Positions 47,775-56,486 of a DNA stretch of 64,000 nt are shown here, one piece after another. The DNA comes from Calditrichia bacterium (lineage in GTDB: Bacteria > Calditrichota > Calditrichia > RBG-13-44-9 > J075), in assembly GCA_050633245.1 (NCBI GenBank), contig JBOEGD010000016.1, positions 90,748 to 154,747 of the forward strand. The letters run 5' to 3'. The notes under the pieces are model-generated. The model made no database searches. It saw only the letters and a list, made by a program, of their open reading frames with translations, and had not been told where the DNA came from. Position 1 is the stretch's first letter. The number at the start of each line of letters is the position of its first letter. The position numbers were made by a program, and so were the translations under genes.

Positions 47775-48038
47775 GTTCTCTCCATTAATCAGTGTATTTG
47801 AAATGAAATATGTATCATGTAGTTTTTGATGTGTCCAAAGAGGTTATTCGCATTGCCTTTCAACAAGACACGCTACTTCTTGTCAGGCGTGTTTATATCT
47901 TGAAAACGACTTAAAGTAAATAAATTACGAGCGAATTCAAAAAAGGTTTATTTTTGTAATGATAGAAAAATAAAAAAAGATTCAGATTTCCACAGAAGAA
48001 CTATAACTTCTCAAGCCAAACGACTATGGAGCATCTAT

Positions 48039-48788
48039 TTGAAATATACATCTTTGCCAAATTTAGAAGGACGTAAAAAGCCCTATATTATTGCCCACCG
48101 TGGTAATAAAGCGAACTGTCCGGAGAATACATTAGCGGCCTTTTTGCGCGCAATAAAAGATGGAGCAGATATTCTGGAGACAGACCTGCACGTCACCACT
48201 GACGGGCAATTTGTATGTATTCACGACTCAACGTTAGATCGCACCACTAATGGCAGCGGGCAGGTCGAAGACATGACCTTAAAGCAGGTGCGTCGCTTCA
48301 GTGCGTCTTATGGACAGCGCGAATTTGAATCGGAGCGCATTCCACTGTTGGAAGAAGTTGTGCAGATTATGCCGGAGAACATGGGATTGGCGCTTGAGTT
48401 GAAGTCAGACCGTTTTCTGGACGAGGAAACCTGCCGCAATCTCTATCAACTGCTAAAGAAGCTGAACATTCACTCTCGCACGATTGTGCTTTCCTTTTCC
48501 ACGCGCAGACTGGAAGCGGTGGCAAAGTATGTCCCACAATTACCATCGGGCCTTATCAGTCTTTCCCGGCTACGTCCCTATCGAAGCACTCAGCTGGTGG
48601 GTCCCTTCTGGCCGATTCTGTTACTCAATCCGCGCTTTGTAAAAACAGCGCATAAGCGTAATCAAGCGGTCGCTCCTTTAGATCCGAATCCGGACTCACG
48701 GCTTTGGCTATATGTAAAGTTGGGATGTGATGCGGTATTGACGGACAATCCGGCGAGTACCTTTGAGGCGCTGAAAGAGTATCGATAA
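48039..48788 (+). CDS. Glycerophosphodiester phosphodiesterase
   Basis: IAHRG, PENTLAAF, LETD, CIHDSTLDRTTNG, ELK, TDNP. Confidence 0.93.
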   Translation: MKYTSLPNLEGRKKPYIIAHRGNKANCPENTLAAFLRAIKDGADILETDLHVTTDGQFVCIHDSTLDRTTNGSGQVEDMTLKQVRRFSASYGQREFESERIPLLEEVVQIMPENMGLALELKSDRFLDEETCRNLYQLLKKLNIHSRTIVLSFSTRRLEAVAKYVPQLPSGLISLSRLRPYRSTQLVGPFWPILLLNPRFVKTAHKRNQAVAPLDPNPDSRLWLYVKLGCDAVLTDNPASTFEALKEYR

Positions 48789-48843
48789 CTGGGCGACAAG
48801 GCGAGCGGGTGATGCGGCTTTGCCGCAGGGGGTAGGACGCTTC

Positions 48844-48903
48844 GCGTCTGGCGTCTCGCCTCTCGCCTCTCGCCTCTCGCCTCTTGCCTCTTGCCTCTTG
48901 CCT
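48844..48903. repeat. Heptamer tandem repeat GC(G/C)TCT(G/C/T), 8 units plus a partial unit
   Basis: GCGTCTG GCGTCTC (GCCTCTC)x3 (GCCTCTT)x3 GCCT, abutting the MscS stop between convergent genes. Confidence 0.9.
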
Positions 48904-50014
48904 ACTCCGCTTCCAAAAACGTCAATTCCTGCCTCGTTACCAGTCCTTTTTCCAGAAACTGTTCCATCACCAGCTCCGTCATTTCACTGGCAAAAGGAAA
49001 TTCATATCGGACATCCAGCACATAAGCCTTCAGACGCATCTTAAGCAAGGACCGTCCCTGATGGATTTCATTTTTAAACAGCACCACAATCGGCTTGTTC
49101 AGAAAGACATAGCGCGATACCGCGGCCGCGCGATAGGCAATATCGCGAGCTTTATGCTGCTCTATATGTGCCGGAAGGAAGAACTCGGCAACGACCTGAC
49201 AGTTCGACTCACCAGAGTTGGCATTGGACACCGACTGATTGATAATCTCGCCATTTGGTACCGAAACCGTATTGTCATCCGGTGTAACGAGGCGCACGGT
49301 ACGGAGTCCAATATTGATGACCTCGCCATAGTCGGTACCGATCTGGATCTTGTCCCCCACCTGAAACGGACGATCAAAAATGATCATGATTCCACCAAAG
49401 ATATTCTTGAGAATATCCTGTGCAGCGAAGGTTAATCCAATTCCCGCCGAGGCAATCAGAGTAATCAGAGAGCTGCTGGGTGCCTGCATTATCACCGCTA
49501 TGATGAAGTAAATAACAATCACCCAGCCAATAATGCGAATAATGGGCACCGAGCGCTTGATCAGCAGACGAAAGTTTGCCCAGCGCTCCGCAAGAATTTC
49601 AGAAAGTGAGGTAAAGTATTTGAAAACGATATACGTAATGATGATTAGAAAAATCGATTTTAGAACTTGCGACAGCGTCAGTTCCCACTCTTCTTTGGGT
49701 TCTAAAACGGGTGTAGAATCAGTGGGTTTGGCGGCATCTGCTTGTCCATTCGCAACTGACTGATCCGTAGCAGAATCGGGCATTGACTTAGCTGCGCTGT
49801 CTTTCTCGGCATCCTCAGTTACCGCGACAATGCCAACTCCTGTGGCCGTCGCAGCATCCTGCAGCTTCTCCTTCAGTTCTTGCTGAACTTTTTTTGCTTC
49901 CGCAGCCAGCGAATCCGGATTATAGCCGGTAATGTAAGGCTGTGCGGAAATCGCAAAAGAAGCTGCAATAACAAACAGTAATATGTAGAAGCGTATTGAA
50001 GCCATTATAAACAT
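48902..50014 (-). CDS. MscS-family mechanosensitive channel with signal peptide and periplasmic extension
   Basis: GIGLTFAAQDILKNIFGG...DRPFQVGD...GEVINIGLRTVRL..PD...VSVPN. Confidence 0.93.
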   Translation of the reverse strand: MFIMASIRFYILLFVIAASFAISAQPYITGYNPDSLAAEAKKVQQELKEKLQDAATATGVGIVAVTEDAEKDSAAKSMPDSATDQSVANGQADAAKPTDSTPVLEPKEEWELTLSQVLKSIFLIIITYIVFKYFTSLSEILAERWANFRLLIKRSVPIIRIIGWVIVIYFIIAVIMQAPSSSLITLIASAGIGLTFAAQDILKNIFGGIMIIFDRPFQVGDKIQIGTDYGEVINIGLRTVRLVTPDDNTVSVPNGEIINQSVSNANSGESNCQVVAEFFLPAHIEQHKARDIAYRAAAVSRYVFLNKPIVVLFKNEIHQGRSLLKMRLKAYVLDVRYEFPFASEMTELVMEQFLEKGLVTRQELTFLEAE

Positions 50015-50088
50015 TTTCCTTCAATTTGTTGCAACTCTGGAACTACGAAAAACCGCATATATATAACGGAAATAACGTATTCGATTAA

Positions 50089-50114
50089 GCGCCTCGACTC
50101 CGCTCGGCGTGACA
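50089..50114. repeat. REP-like element
   Basis: GCGCCTCGACTCCGCTCGGCGTGACA is the exact reverse complement of 26525-26550. Confidence 0.85.
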
Positions 50115-50129
50115 AACAACGATTCACTT

Positions 50130-50150
50130 TGAACCTTGAACTATGAACAT
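50130..50150. repeat. Heptamer tandem repeat TGAACNN x3
   Basis: TGAACCT TGAACTA TGAACAT, 3 nt after the stop of 50154..53237. Confidence 0.65.
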
Positions 50151-50153
50151 TTT

Positions 50154-53100
50154 TTAATGCAAAATGTTGCGCATTGTAAGCGCACGAACCACCGGACGAT
50201 AGAGAAATGGATGAATACGGAAACCGGTTGGTTCATCCAGCAAAATGCCGCGCCGGCTCAGTGCGCGCAGAATACTCAGACTTTTTTCCTGCTCCTGATG
50301 GAAAACAGAGGCATGCTCGTGAATCTCCAGCATATCATGCTGAACGAGTGCACCAAGCGTAAACAGCTCATCACCTTCCATTTGGAAGACAAAAGAATAG
50401 TCAAAATCGATAACCGGATTTAAAACCAGCTCTTCTTCAGTGATTTTTTGAATGGCACGCAACCAGTAAAGCATCGCCACAGAAATATTGCCGGCAGAAA
50501 TTTCCTGAAGCTGTTCGAAGAACATTTCGCGCAAATACACCTGCTCCTTACCTTCACGCATCATCTTGCGAAATTTTCGCTGCCGCTTGATTTTTCCCGG
50601 GATGTCGAACACCAGCCGATAACCGGTAACGCGGTGACGCTTTATCAGAATGTCTTCTACCATTTCTTTTTGCAATCCACCCAGAGATAAAACCCGTCCG
50701 AAATAACGACCAAATTTTAAAACGCGATCGAGATAGTCCCAACTATAGCGATTACAGCTAAAAATCCAAAAGACCTGCTTGGAAGACCGGATGATCAGCA
50801 TCATAAAACGTTCGAGAAGCTGGAACCCGTCTACCGTTTTCAAAAATAAATTCTGGATATTTTCGACAATCAGAACAACCGGCTCTTCACGTTCAACCAG
50901 CTGTTTTTCAAGATCTTCCCAGCTGTCCCCGGCAACGTCTGGAAAACCAGCCTTGAACATCTTCATGAACGTTTTTTCATCCTGAAGCGTTTCAGTAAAA
51001 TCTACACGGTAGGTTTTCTCATCCTCAAACAGCGGCATTGCAAAGTTTATAAGCGTTGTACGTCCACTCCCCTTCTCGCCAACGATAATCGTCGTAACGT
51101 CCATTCCGTTTTTCCAGTTCTGGAAATCGCTGCGTATCACTTCCAATTCCTTATCACGACCGGAAAAGAATCGTTCATCTTCCAAGGGCAATAATTGAAA
51201 AAGACGCTGATAGACATAGGGTAAATTATCTATTCGCTGATTGGTTTCGCTCAAAAAGTGTGCGAGCGTTTCACCCGCCATATCAGGCATATTCATTAGC
51301 CCGATAGTGCGCATTAATTCTACCCACCAAGCACGGATTTCTGTGCCCAAACTTTTGGCACTGCGCCAAAGATCGGCCCAAACACTCTTCAGGAAACGCC
51401 AGGAATCCTTGCGCCACTGCAAGAGGCGCTGCCGCGCTTTAGCCTGCATTACCTGAACCTGTAGTGCCAACAACTTCTCGCTGTCCCTCAGGTCCTGCAA
51501 ACGCACGCAGAAGGTGCGCGCTAACTCGAAAATGGCACCTTCGCTGTCGACGCGCATCTTGTCGAAGCGATCGATAAACAGATTGATCTTGCCACCGGCA
51601 CGTTCAAGACCTTCGGTAAGCATTTTTCGCGCTTCGGGAAGCCCGTCTTCCTGTTCCAACATACCAAGTGCGGCATCGAGGTTGAACTCAACAATCTCAT
51701 CAATTTCGGAAATACCCAGCAGCATCTTTTCAATACTTCGACTGAGCTTCTTGCGAAACTCGGTCAGTTCATTATCAAATGACAGGAAGAATTCATTTTC
51801 GATAATTTCCTTTATCTGAACATCATCAACCGAGGAGCGCGGCGGCTTATTTTCTTTGTCTCGAACACGAAGAATCGTCTGTTTGGGCGGCAAGATTTCT
51901 ATAGCCGACTTTACTTCCTGCTGGAAGCCACGCATAAGCAGGCTAAGTTTGGAACGCAGAAGCGTGTCCATAATATTGGGTAAAATTTCATTGCGGAGAA
52001 GATTAACCAACTGTCGATTTTCTTTTGCAATGGCGCGACGTAATTCTCGCTTTTGCTTGCGCAATTCAACCTTGCTGATTTCACCGTCGGCATCGCCGCT
52101 TTTATTCGCTGCAGCTTCAGCCTGCTTGGCAAACTTTGCGACCGATTCCTTTATTATCGCACCGGTTTCAGCTAAAACCGGCTTCATATCTTCTTCTATC
52201 TTTTGACGAAAAGTTGCGTTCAGCCTCAAATATTCGCAGCCAATGGTAAGCTGTAGAGAAAACAGCGCGATCTCCTGTTCCCAACTTTGACTTTCGGCAT
52301 CGGTGTGAATCTTCCAGGCATTTCTGTCTCGATTAAAGTTAGCCGTTAATTCGGCATTCTTTTCGCGCAGCTTGCTCTGAGAATAAGAGGCAGGTTTCAG
52401 CTCACCTTTTTGTGCATTTTCCCACTCTTTTCGAAAAAGTTCGCTGTTGGTTTGCCACCAGGTTTCAAAGCGCTCCATCGCAGCAGCTTTGCTTTGCGTC
52501 GTGCCGCGCAACGTTTCTGTAATCTTTTCTGTTAAGCCACGCTGCTCGCGAATATGGTCGACTAAATCCAGCGCCTGATTGCGAATCCAAACCTGTTCCG
52601 CGTTTTGCAACAGTAATAGTAGTTGGTTAACCGAGCGATCGATCTCATAGATTTCATTCAGATCTTTTGAAGCTTCGTATAAAAACTCACTCCATTCGCG
52701 AAGCAAAACACGCTGGAAGGGCTGGAAAAGGTGTAGACGGATAAAAGCATGCTGGGGAAAGTTTTCTATAACAGCTTTGTCAAATGGGTTCCACCATTTG
52801 CCATTGGGCAGCGGAGTAGCAAAGAGCGCCTCTTCGGGCAGTTCCCGCAGCGTAAAGATGCTTTGTTTAATGAAGCTGCCAAAAAATTCGCGCGCCGGAA
52901 GTTCATCGGGCACATAGTGCAATCCTTTGCACCATTTGACCAATTCACGTGAATACTTTAACAGTTCCTGCCAAACTTCTTCGAGCGTTCCTTCACTCTC
53001 TATTCGCTGATTCACGCGATCCAACGCAGCGTTCAAATTCTTGCTATAGCTGGTCAGCTTGCCATCGTGCATGCCGTACCACTCGTCCAAACGCTGCTCA

Positions 53101-53237
53101 AGATAAGCCACTAGAGAGGGCTTTAGCTGCTCCAGAGCCTGTTCGGAAGACTGCACAGCTTCAACAGAGGACTTCTCCGGAACCTGCTCTGTAGTTTGCG
53201 TGCTTTCTGCAGATGATTTTTCTTCAGTAGAGTTCAA
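50154..53237 (-). CDS. Large helical protein with a C-terminal degenerate P-loop (STAND/AAA-like) NTPase domain
   Basis: FFSGRDKEL, GEKGSGRTT Walker A variant, LIVENIQ Walker B variant, SAGN helical motif; 14-nt overlap with the upstream gene. Confidence 0.78.
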   Translation of the reverse strand: MNSTEEKSSAESTQTTEQVPEKSSVEAVQSSEQALEQLKPSLVAYLEQRLDEWYGMHDGKLTSYSKNLNAALDRVNQRIESEGTLEEVWQELLKYSRELVKWCKGLHYVPDELPAREFFGSFIKQSIFTLRELPEEALFATPLPNGKWWNPFDKAVIENFPQHAFIRLHLFQPFQRVLLREWSEFLYEASKDLNEIYEIDRSVNQLLLLLQNAEQVWIRNQALDLVDHIREQRGLTEKITETLRGTTQSKAAAMERFETWWQTNSELFRKEWENAQKGELKPASYSQSKLREKNAELTANFNRDRNAWKIHTDAESQSWEQEIALFSLQLTIGCEYLRLNATFRQKIEEDMKPVLAETGAIIKESVAKFAKQAEAAANKSGDADGEISKVELRKQKRELRRAIAKENRQLVNLLRNEILPNIMDTLLRSKLSLLMRGFQQEVKSAIEILPPKQTILRVRDKENKPPRSSVDDVQIKEIIENEFFLSFDNELTEFRKKLSRSIEKMLLGISEIDEIVEFNLDAALGMLEQEDGLPEARKMLTEGLERAGGKINLFIDRFDKMRVDSEGAIFELARTFCVRLQDLRDSEKLLALQVQVMQAKARQRLLQWRKDSWRFLKSVWADLWRSAKSLGTEIRAWWVELMRTIGLMNMPDMAGETLAHFLSETNQRIDNLPYVYQRLFQLLPLEDERFFSGRDKELEVIRSDFQNWKNGMDVTTIIVGEKGSGRTTLINFAMPLFEDEKTYRVDFTETLQDEKTFMKMFKAGFPDVAGDSWEDLEKQLVEREEPVVLIVENIQNLFLKTVDGFQLLERFMMLIIRSSKQVFWIFSCNRYSWDYLDRVLKFGRYFGRVLSLGGLQKEMVEDILIKRHRVTGYRLVFDIPGKIKRQRKFRKMMREGKEQVYLREMFFEQLQEISAGNISVAMLYWLRAIQKITEEELVLNPVIDFDYSFVFQMEGDELFTLGALVQHDMLEIHEHASVFHQEQEKSLSILRALSRRGILLDEPTGFRIHPFLYRPVVRALTMRNILH

Positions 53238-54363
53238 TTTTTGTTAACCTTCCATCAAGTGAACCATTGACCAGCGGAATTTTCCGGCTCGGCCGTAAGC
53301 CAAGTGAACCAATCAACTTTCGATCTCCAAAGTATACCCACGCTGTGCATCCGGTACAGTGACGTTTGAGAAAATCTCCGAACGTTTTATAAAACAATCG
53401 CATATCATCACAGGAATTGAGCCGTAATCCATATGGTGGATTGCAAACAATGGTCGTGTTTTCAAAATCCGGCAGCGATTCATAAGACGCGACGCTAAGA
53501 TCAATTGCCTTCCCATCCGGCAACCGCGCACAGTTTGCCCGGCTGGCATAAACGGCATCTTCAGAAATATCGCTGCCAGCAAGCAGGCCTTTTGGTAGAG
53601 ACCGAATTTTTTCTGCGGATGTCACTTTCATCTTATCCCAAAGTCCGGCATCGAAATCTGGCAGCAGGCCAACGCCAAAATCTTTGCGTAAATATCCTGA
53701 AGGAACATTTGCCCAGGACATTAGCGCCTCGCAAAGAAGTGTACCCGAGCCACAAAATGGATCGTAAAGTGGCGTTTCACCCGTCCAGCCGCTCATGCGA
53801 ATAATCGCGGCGGCAACGGTTTCCTGAATCGGGGCTTCCACGCTCTTTACCCGATAACCACGACGATGCATGGCACCACCGGAGACATCAACGCTGACAA
53901 TACCACGATCATTCTCTATACGAAGATTGATCTGCAAATCGGGATCTATTTTCTGCACGGACGGGCGACCGCCACTGCGCTCGCGATAGCGGTCGACAAC
54001 CGCATCTTTTAACCTGAGAGCTGCAAAATGCGAGTGCGTCATCTTGCTGTTTGCCGTCGTTGCGAAAATGGCAAATGTCTCATCCTTCTTCAGCAGTGTT
54101 TCCCAGGGAATCAACTTACCGCGTTTGTAAAGCTGTTCATCGCTTGCACATGGAAAAGTAGATATCGGGGCAAGCACCCTGCTCAACAGGCGAGAATTGT
54201 AAACGATGCGATAAAGAACTTCTTTTGATGCGCTAAAGTAGATTCCGCGATAAGCAGCTCGAATTCCAGTAGCACCAAGTTCACCCAGCTCTTCGCTGCC
54301 CAGCTCTTCCATTCCTCCGGCAACCTGTGCAAAATACTGTCCGTTTTTCTGATACAGAAACAA
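53224..54363 (-). CDS. THUMP-domain rRNA m2G methyltransferase (RlmL-like)
   Basis: MHRRGYR, APIQETVAA, DPFCGSGT, NPPYG; likely TTG start at 54363 (ORF track starts at 54411). Confidence 0.9.
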   Translation of the reverse strand: MFLYQKNGQYFAQVAGGMEELGSEELGELGATGIRAAYRGIYFSASKEVLYRIVYNSRLLSRVLAPISTFPCASDEQLYKRGKLIPWETLLKKDETFAIFATTANSKMTHSHFAALRLKDAVVDRYRERSGGRPSVQKIDPDLQINLRIENDRGIVSVDVSGGAMHRRGYRVKSVEAPIQETVAAAIIRMSGWTGETPLYDPFCGSGTLLCEALMSWANVPSGYLRKDFGVGLLPDFDAGLWDKMKVTSAEKIRSLPKGLLAGSDISEDAVYASRANCARLPDGKAIDLSVASYESLPDFENTTIVCNPPYGLRLNSCDDMRLFYKTFGDFLKRHCTGCTAWVYFGDRKLIGSLGLRPSRKIPLVNGSLDGRLTKIELY

Positions 54364-54555
54364 GAAGATCTCTTTTCGTGTGTTTGAAAGGTTTAAAGCT
54401 ACGCATCCCATTGTAAAGTCAGAATATACGAAACCGTCACCTTCAACGCAATCGGGCGATTCGCTTCTTTCTACAGCTTGTGAAAGAGCACTTGAAATTG
54501 CTTTTGAGGTAGCGTATGTTTTAAAAGCAACCAGTATTCAGAATAAGGAGACCAC

Positions 54556-55992
54556 TTGTCTCAGCAACCGCAAAATATCAATAATACACCGCACGATATA
54601 GAGCACATCTTTCAGAAGCAGCTAGCCTTTGCTCCAAAGGTCAAGCAGAGCAGTTATCGGGAGCGAAAAGCAAAGCTAAAAAATCTATTAAAGTGGATTT
54701 ACGCAAATCAACCGCGTATTCACGCTGCCCTGGCGGCAGACTTTCGCAAGCCTGAAGCAGAGGTCGATTTAACTGAAATATTCGTTGTGACCAGCGAATT
54801 AAAACATACGGTGCGCCACCTGCGTTATTGGATGTATCCCGACTATGTAGCGCCAAACCTCGCGCTGCTCACCACACGCTCCAAGATTCTCTATGAACCC
54901 AAAGGCACTGTCCTGATCATCTCACCGTGGAATTATCCATTTAATTTGACCGTTTCACCGCTCGTGTCAGCGATTGCGGCGGGAAATACGGTTATGATAA
55001 AACCGTCCGAGCTTTCGCCAAATACCTCGCAACTGCTTCAGGAAATGGTCAGCGAGCTTTTTCAGGAAGAAGAGGTCGCGCTTTTTCAGGGCGGCGTCGA
55101 CGTTTCGACCGAACTGCTGAAGCAACCGTTTCATCATATCTTCTTTACCGGTAGTCCACGAGTTGGTAAGATCGTTATGGAAGCCGCTTCAAAAAACTTG
55201 TCCGGTGTTACTCTCGAGCTGGGTGGCAAGTCGCCGGCAATTGTCGACAAGAGCGCCAATCTTAAGGATGCCGCAGCAAAACTGGTTTGGGGAAAGTTCA
55301 GTAACTGTGGACAAACGTGTATCGCGCCGGACTATGTATTGGTTGATAAAGCGGTGATCGAAAAACTGGGCAACGAGCTTCAGCTGGCAGTGCAGGCCGC
55401 CTATGGCAAGACGGCGGAGCAGCGTGAAGCCAGTCCGGATTACGCGCGCATCATCTCGCAAAGACATCTCAACAGGCTTCTGGACATGCTGGCTGAAAGC
55501 CTCGACTCGAACGCCAGGCTTCTTATTGGCGGTGATTCCAGTGCAAACGATCGCTATTTCTCTCCAACCATCCTGACAGATGTGCCGAACGATAGCCGTT
55601 TGATGCAGGAGGAGATTTTCGGTCCGATTTTACCTGTTATCGCCTATCAGGATCTCAACGAAGCACTCAGTATTATCAATTCGCGTGAAAAGCCGCTGGC
55701 ACTGTACATATTCAGCAAGAACCGCAAAGTCACCAATCGTCTGCTTGCAGAAACGACAGCCGGTGGCACCGGGGTAAACGAAGTGCTATTGCAGTTTGCT
55801 CATCCCAATCTACCCTTCGGCGGAATAAACAATAGCGGCCTTGGCAATTCGCATGGATTTTATGGCTTCCGGGCGTTTTCACATGAACGACCGGTGTTAA
55901 GACATAATGCCTTGAGTCCGCTAAAGCTGCTAATGCCTCCTTATTCCAAAACTGTTCGAAAATTAACCAAACTTGTAGCCCGTTTTCTATAA
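54556..55992 (+). CDS. NAD(P)-dependent aldehyde dehydrogenase (family 3-like)
   Basis: SPWNYP, KPSE, FTGS, LELGGKSP, GQTCIAPDY, EEIFGP, PFGG. Confidence 0.95.
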   Translation: MSQQPQNINNTPHDIEHIFQKQLAFAPKVKQSSYRERKAKLKNLLKWIYANQPRIHAALAADFRKPEAEVDLTEIFVVTSELKHTVRHLRYWMYPDYVAPNLALLTTRSKILYEPKGTVLIISPWNYPFNLTVSPLVSAIAAGNTVMIKPSELSPNTSQLLQEMVSELFQEEEVALFQGGVDVSTELLKQPFHHIFFTGSPRVGKIVMEAASKNLSGVTLELGGKSPAIVDKSANLKDAAAKLVWGKFSNCGQTCIAPDYVLVDKAVIEKLGNELQLAVQAAYGKTAEQREASPDYARIISQRHLNRLLDMLAESLDSNARLLIGGDSSANDRYFSPTILTDVPNDSRLMQEEIFGPILPVIAYQDLNEALSIINSREKPLALYIFSKNRKVTNRLLAETTAGGTGVNEVLLQFAHPNLPFGGINNSGLGNSHGFYGFRAFSHERPVLRHNALSPLKLLMPPYSKTVRKLTKLVARFL

Positions 55993-56486
55993 AAACCGCC
56001 TTAAGCCGGCCAGACCGACAAAATCGCTGGCTTGGTTCTTGCAAAAGATGAAAGAAGATTTTCAACTCTCAGTTTGGTTCTTTGCCAAAATAATTGTATT
56101 TTAATGCATTACAGCCTCTGGAGGAGGCGTACTTTTTCCCAAAAACATCCGGATGTTGTCGCAAAAGTAGCGTTTTAATATTCATTTTCCAGCTACTTTC
56201 GCTTGCGGAACTATTTTTCGTAAGGGCTTGTTTATTTAAGGCTTACAAAAAAACCTGCTCTTTTTATTAAAATTAGCTCTTTGTCAACTGCTTTATTTGT
56301 ATCGATGCTGTTTCCTCCATCCTCTAATCATACGAATCCGGAAAGTTATTGTGGCTTACGCTTCCTCCCGGAGTGGATCAGACATAATACCATGACTATT
56401 TGTGTACAATTTGTGCGCACAGTTATCGGTTATCTCAGGCAGTCAAACGTGAATTTTATGAGGTCTACTATAGAAAAGAGGTTACC

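Noticed and set aside
48820-49044. 74-aa ORF with SPLASRL/CLL repeats
   Set aside because: Translation of the heptamer array, antisense to the MscS gene.
26525-50114. Repeats as a CRISPR array
   Set aside because: Copies are dispersed, inverted or nested, with no regular spacers and no cas genes.
55993-56486. Long intergenic region with imperfect inverted repeats as an ncRNA or riboswitch
   Set aside because: No recognisable RNA family consensus; the stems are short and imperfect.
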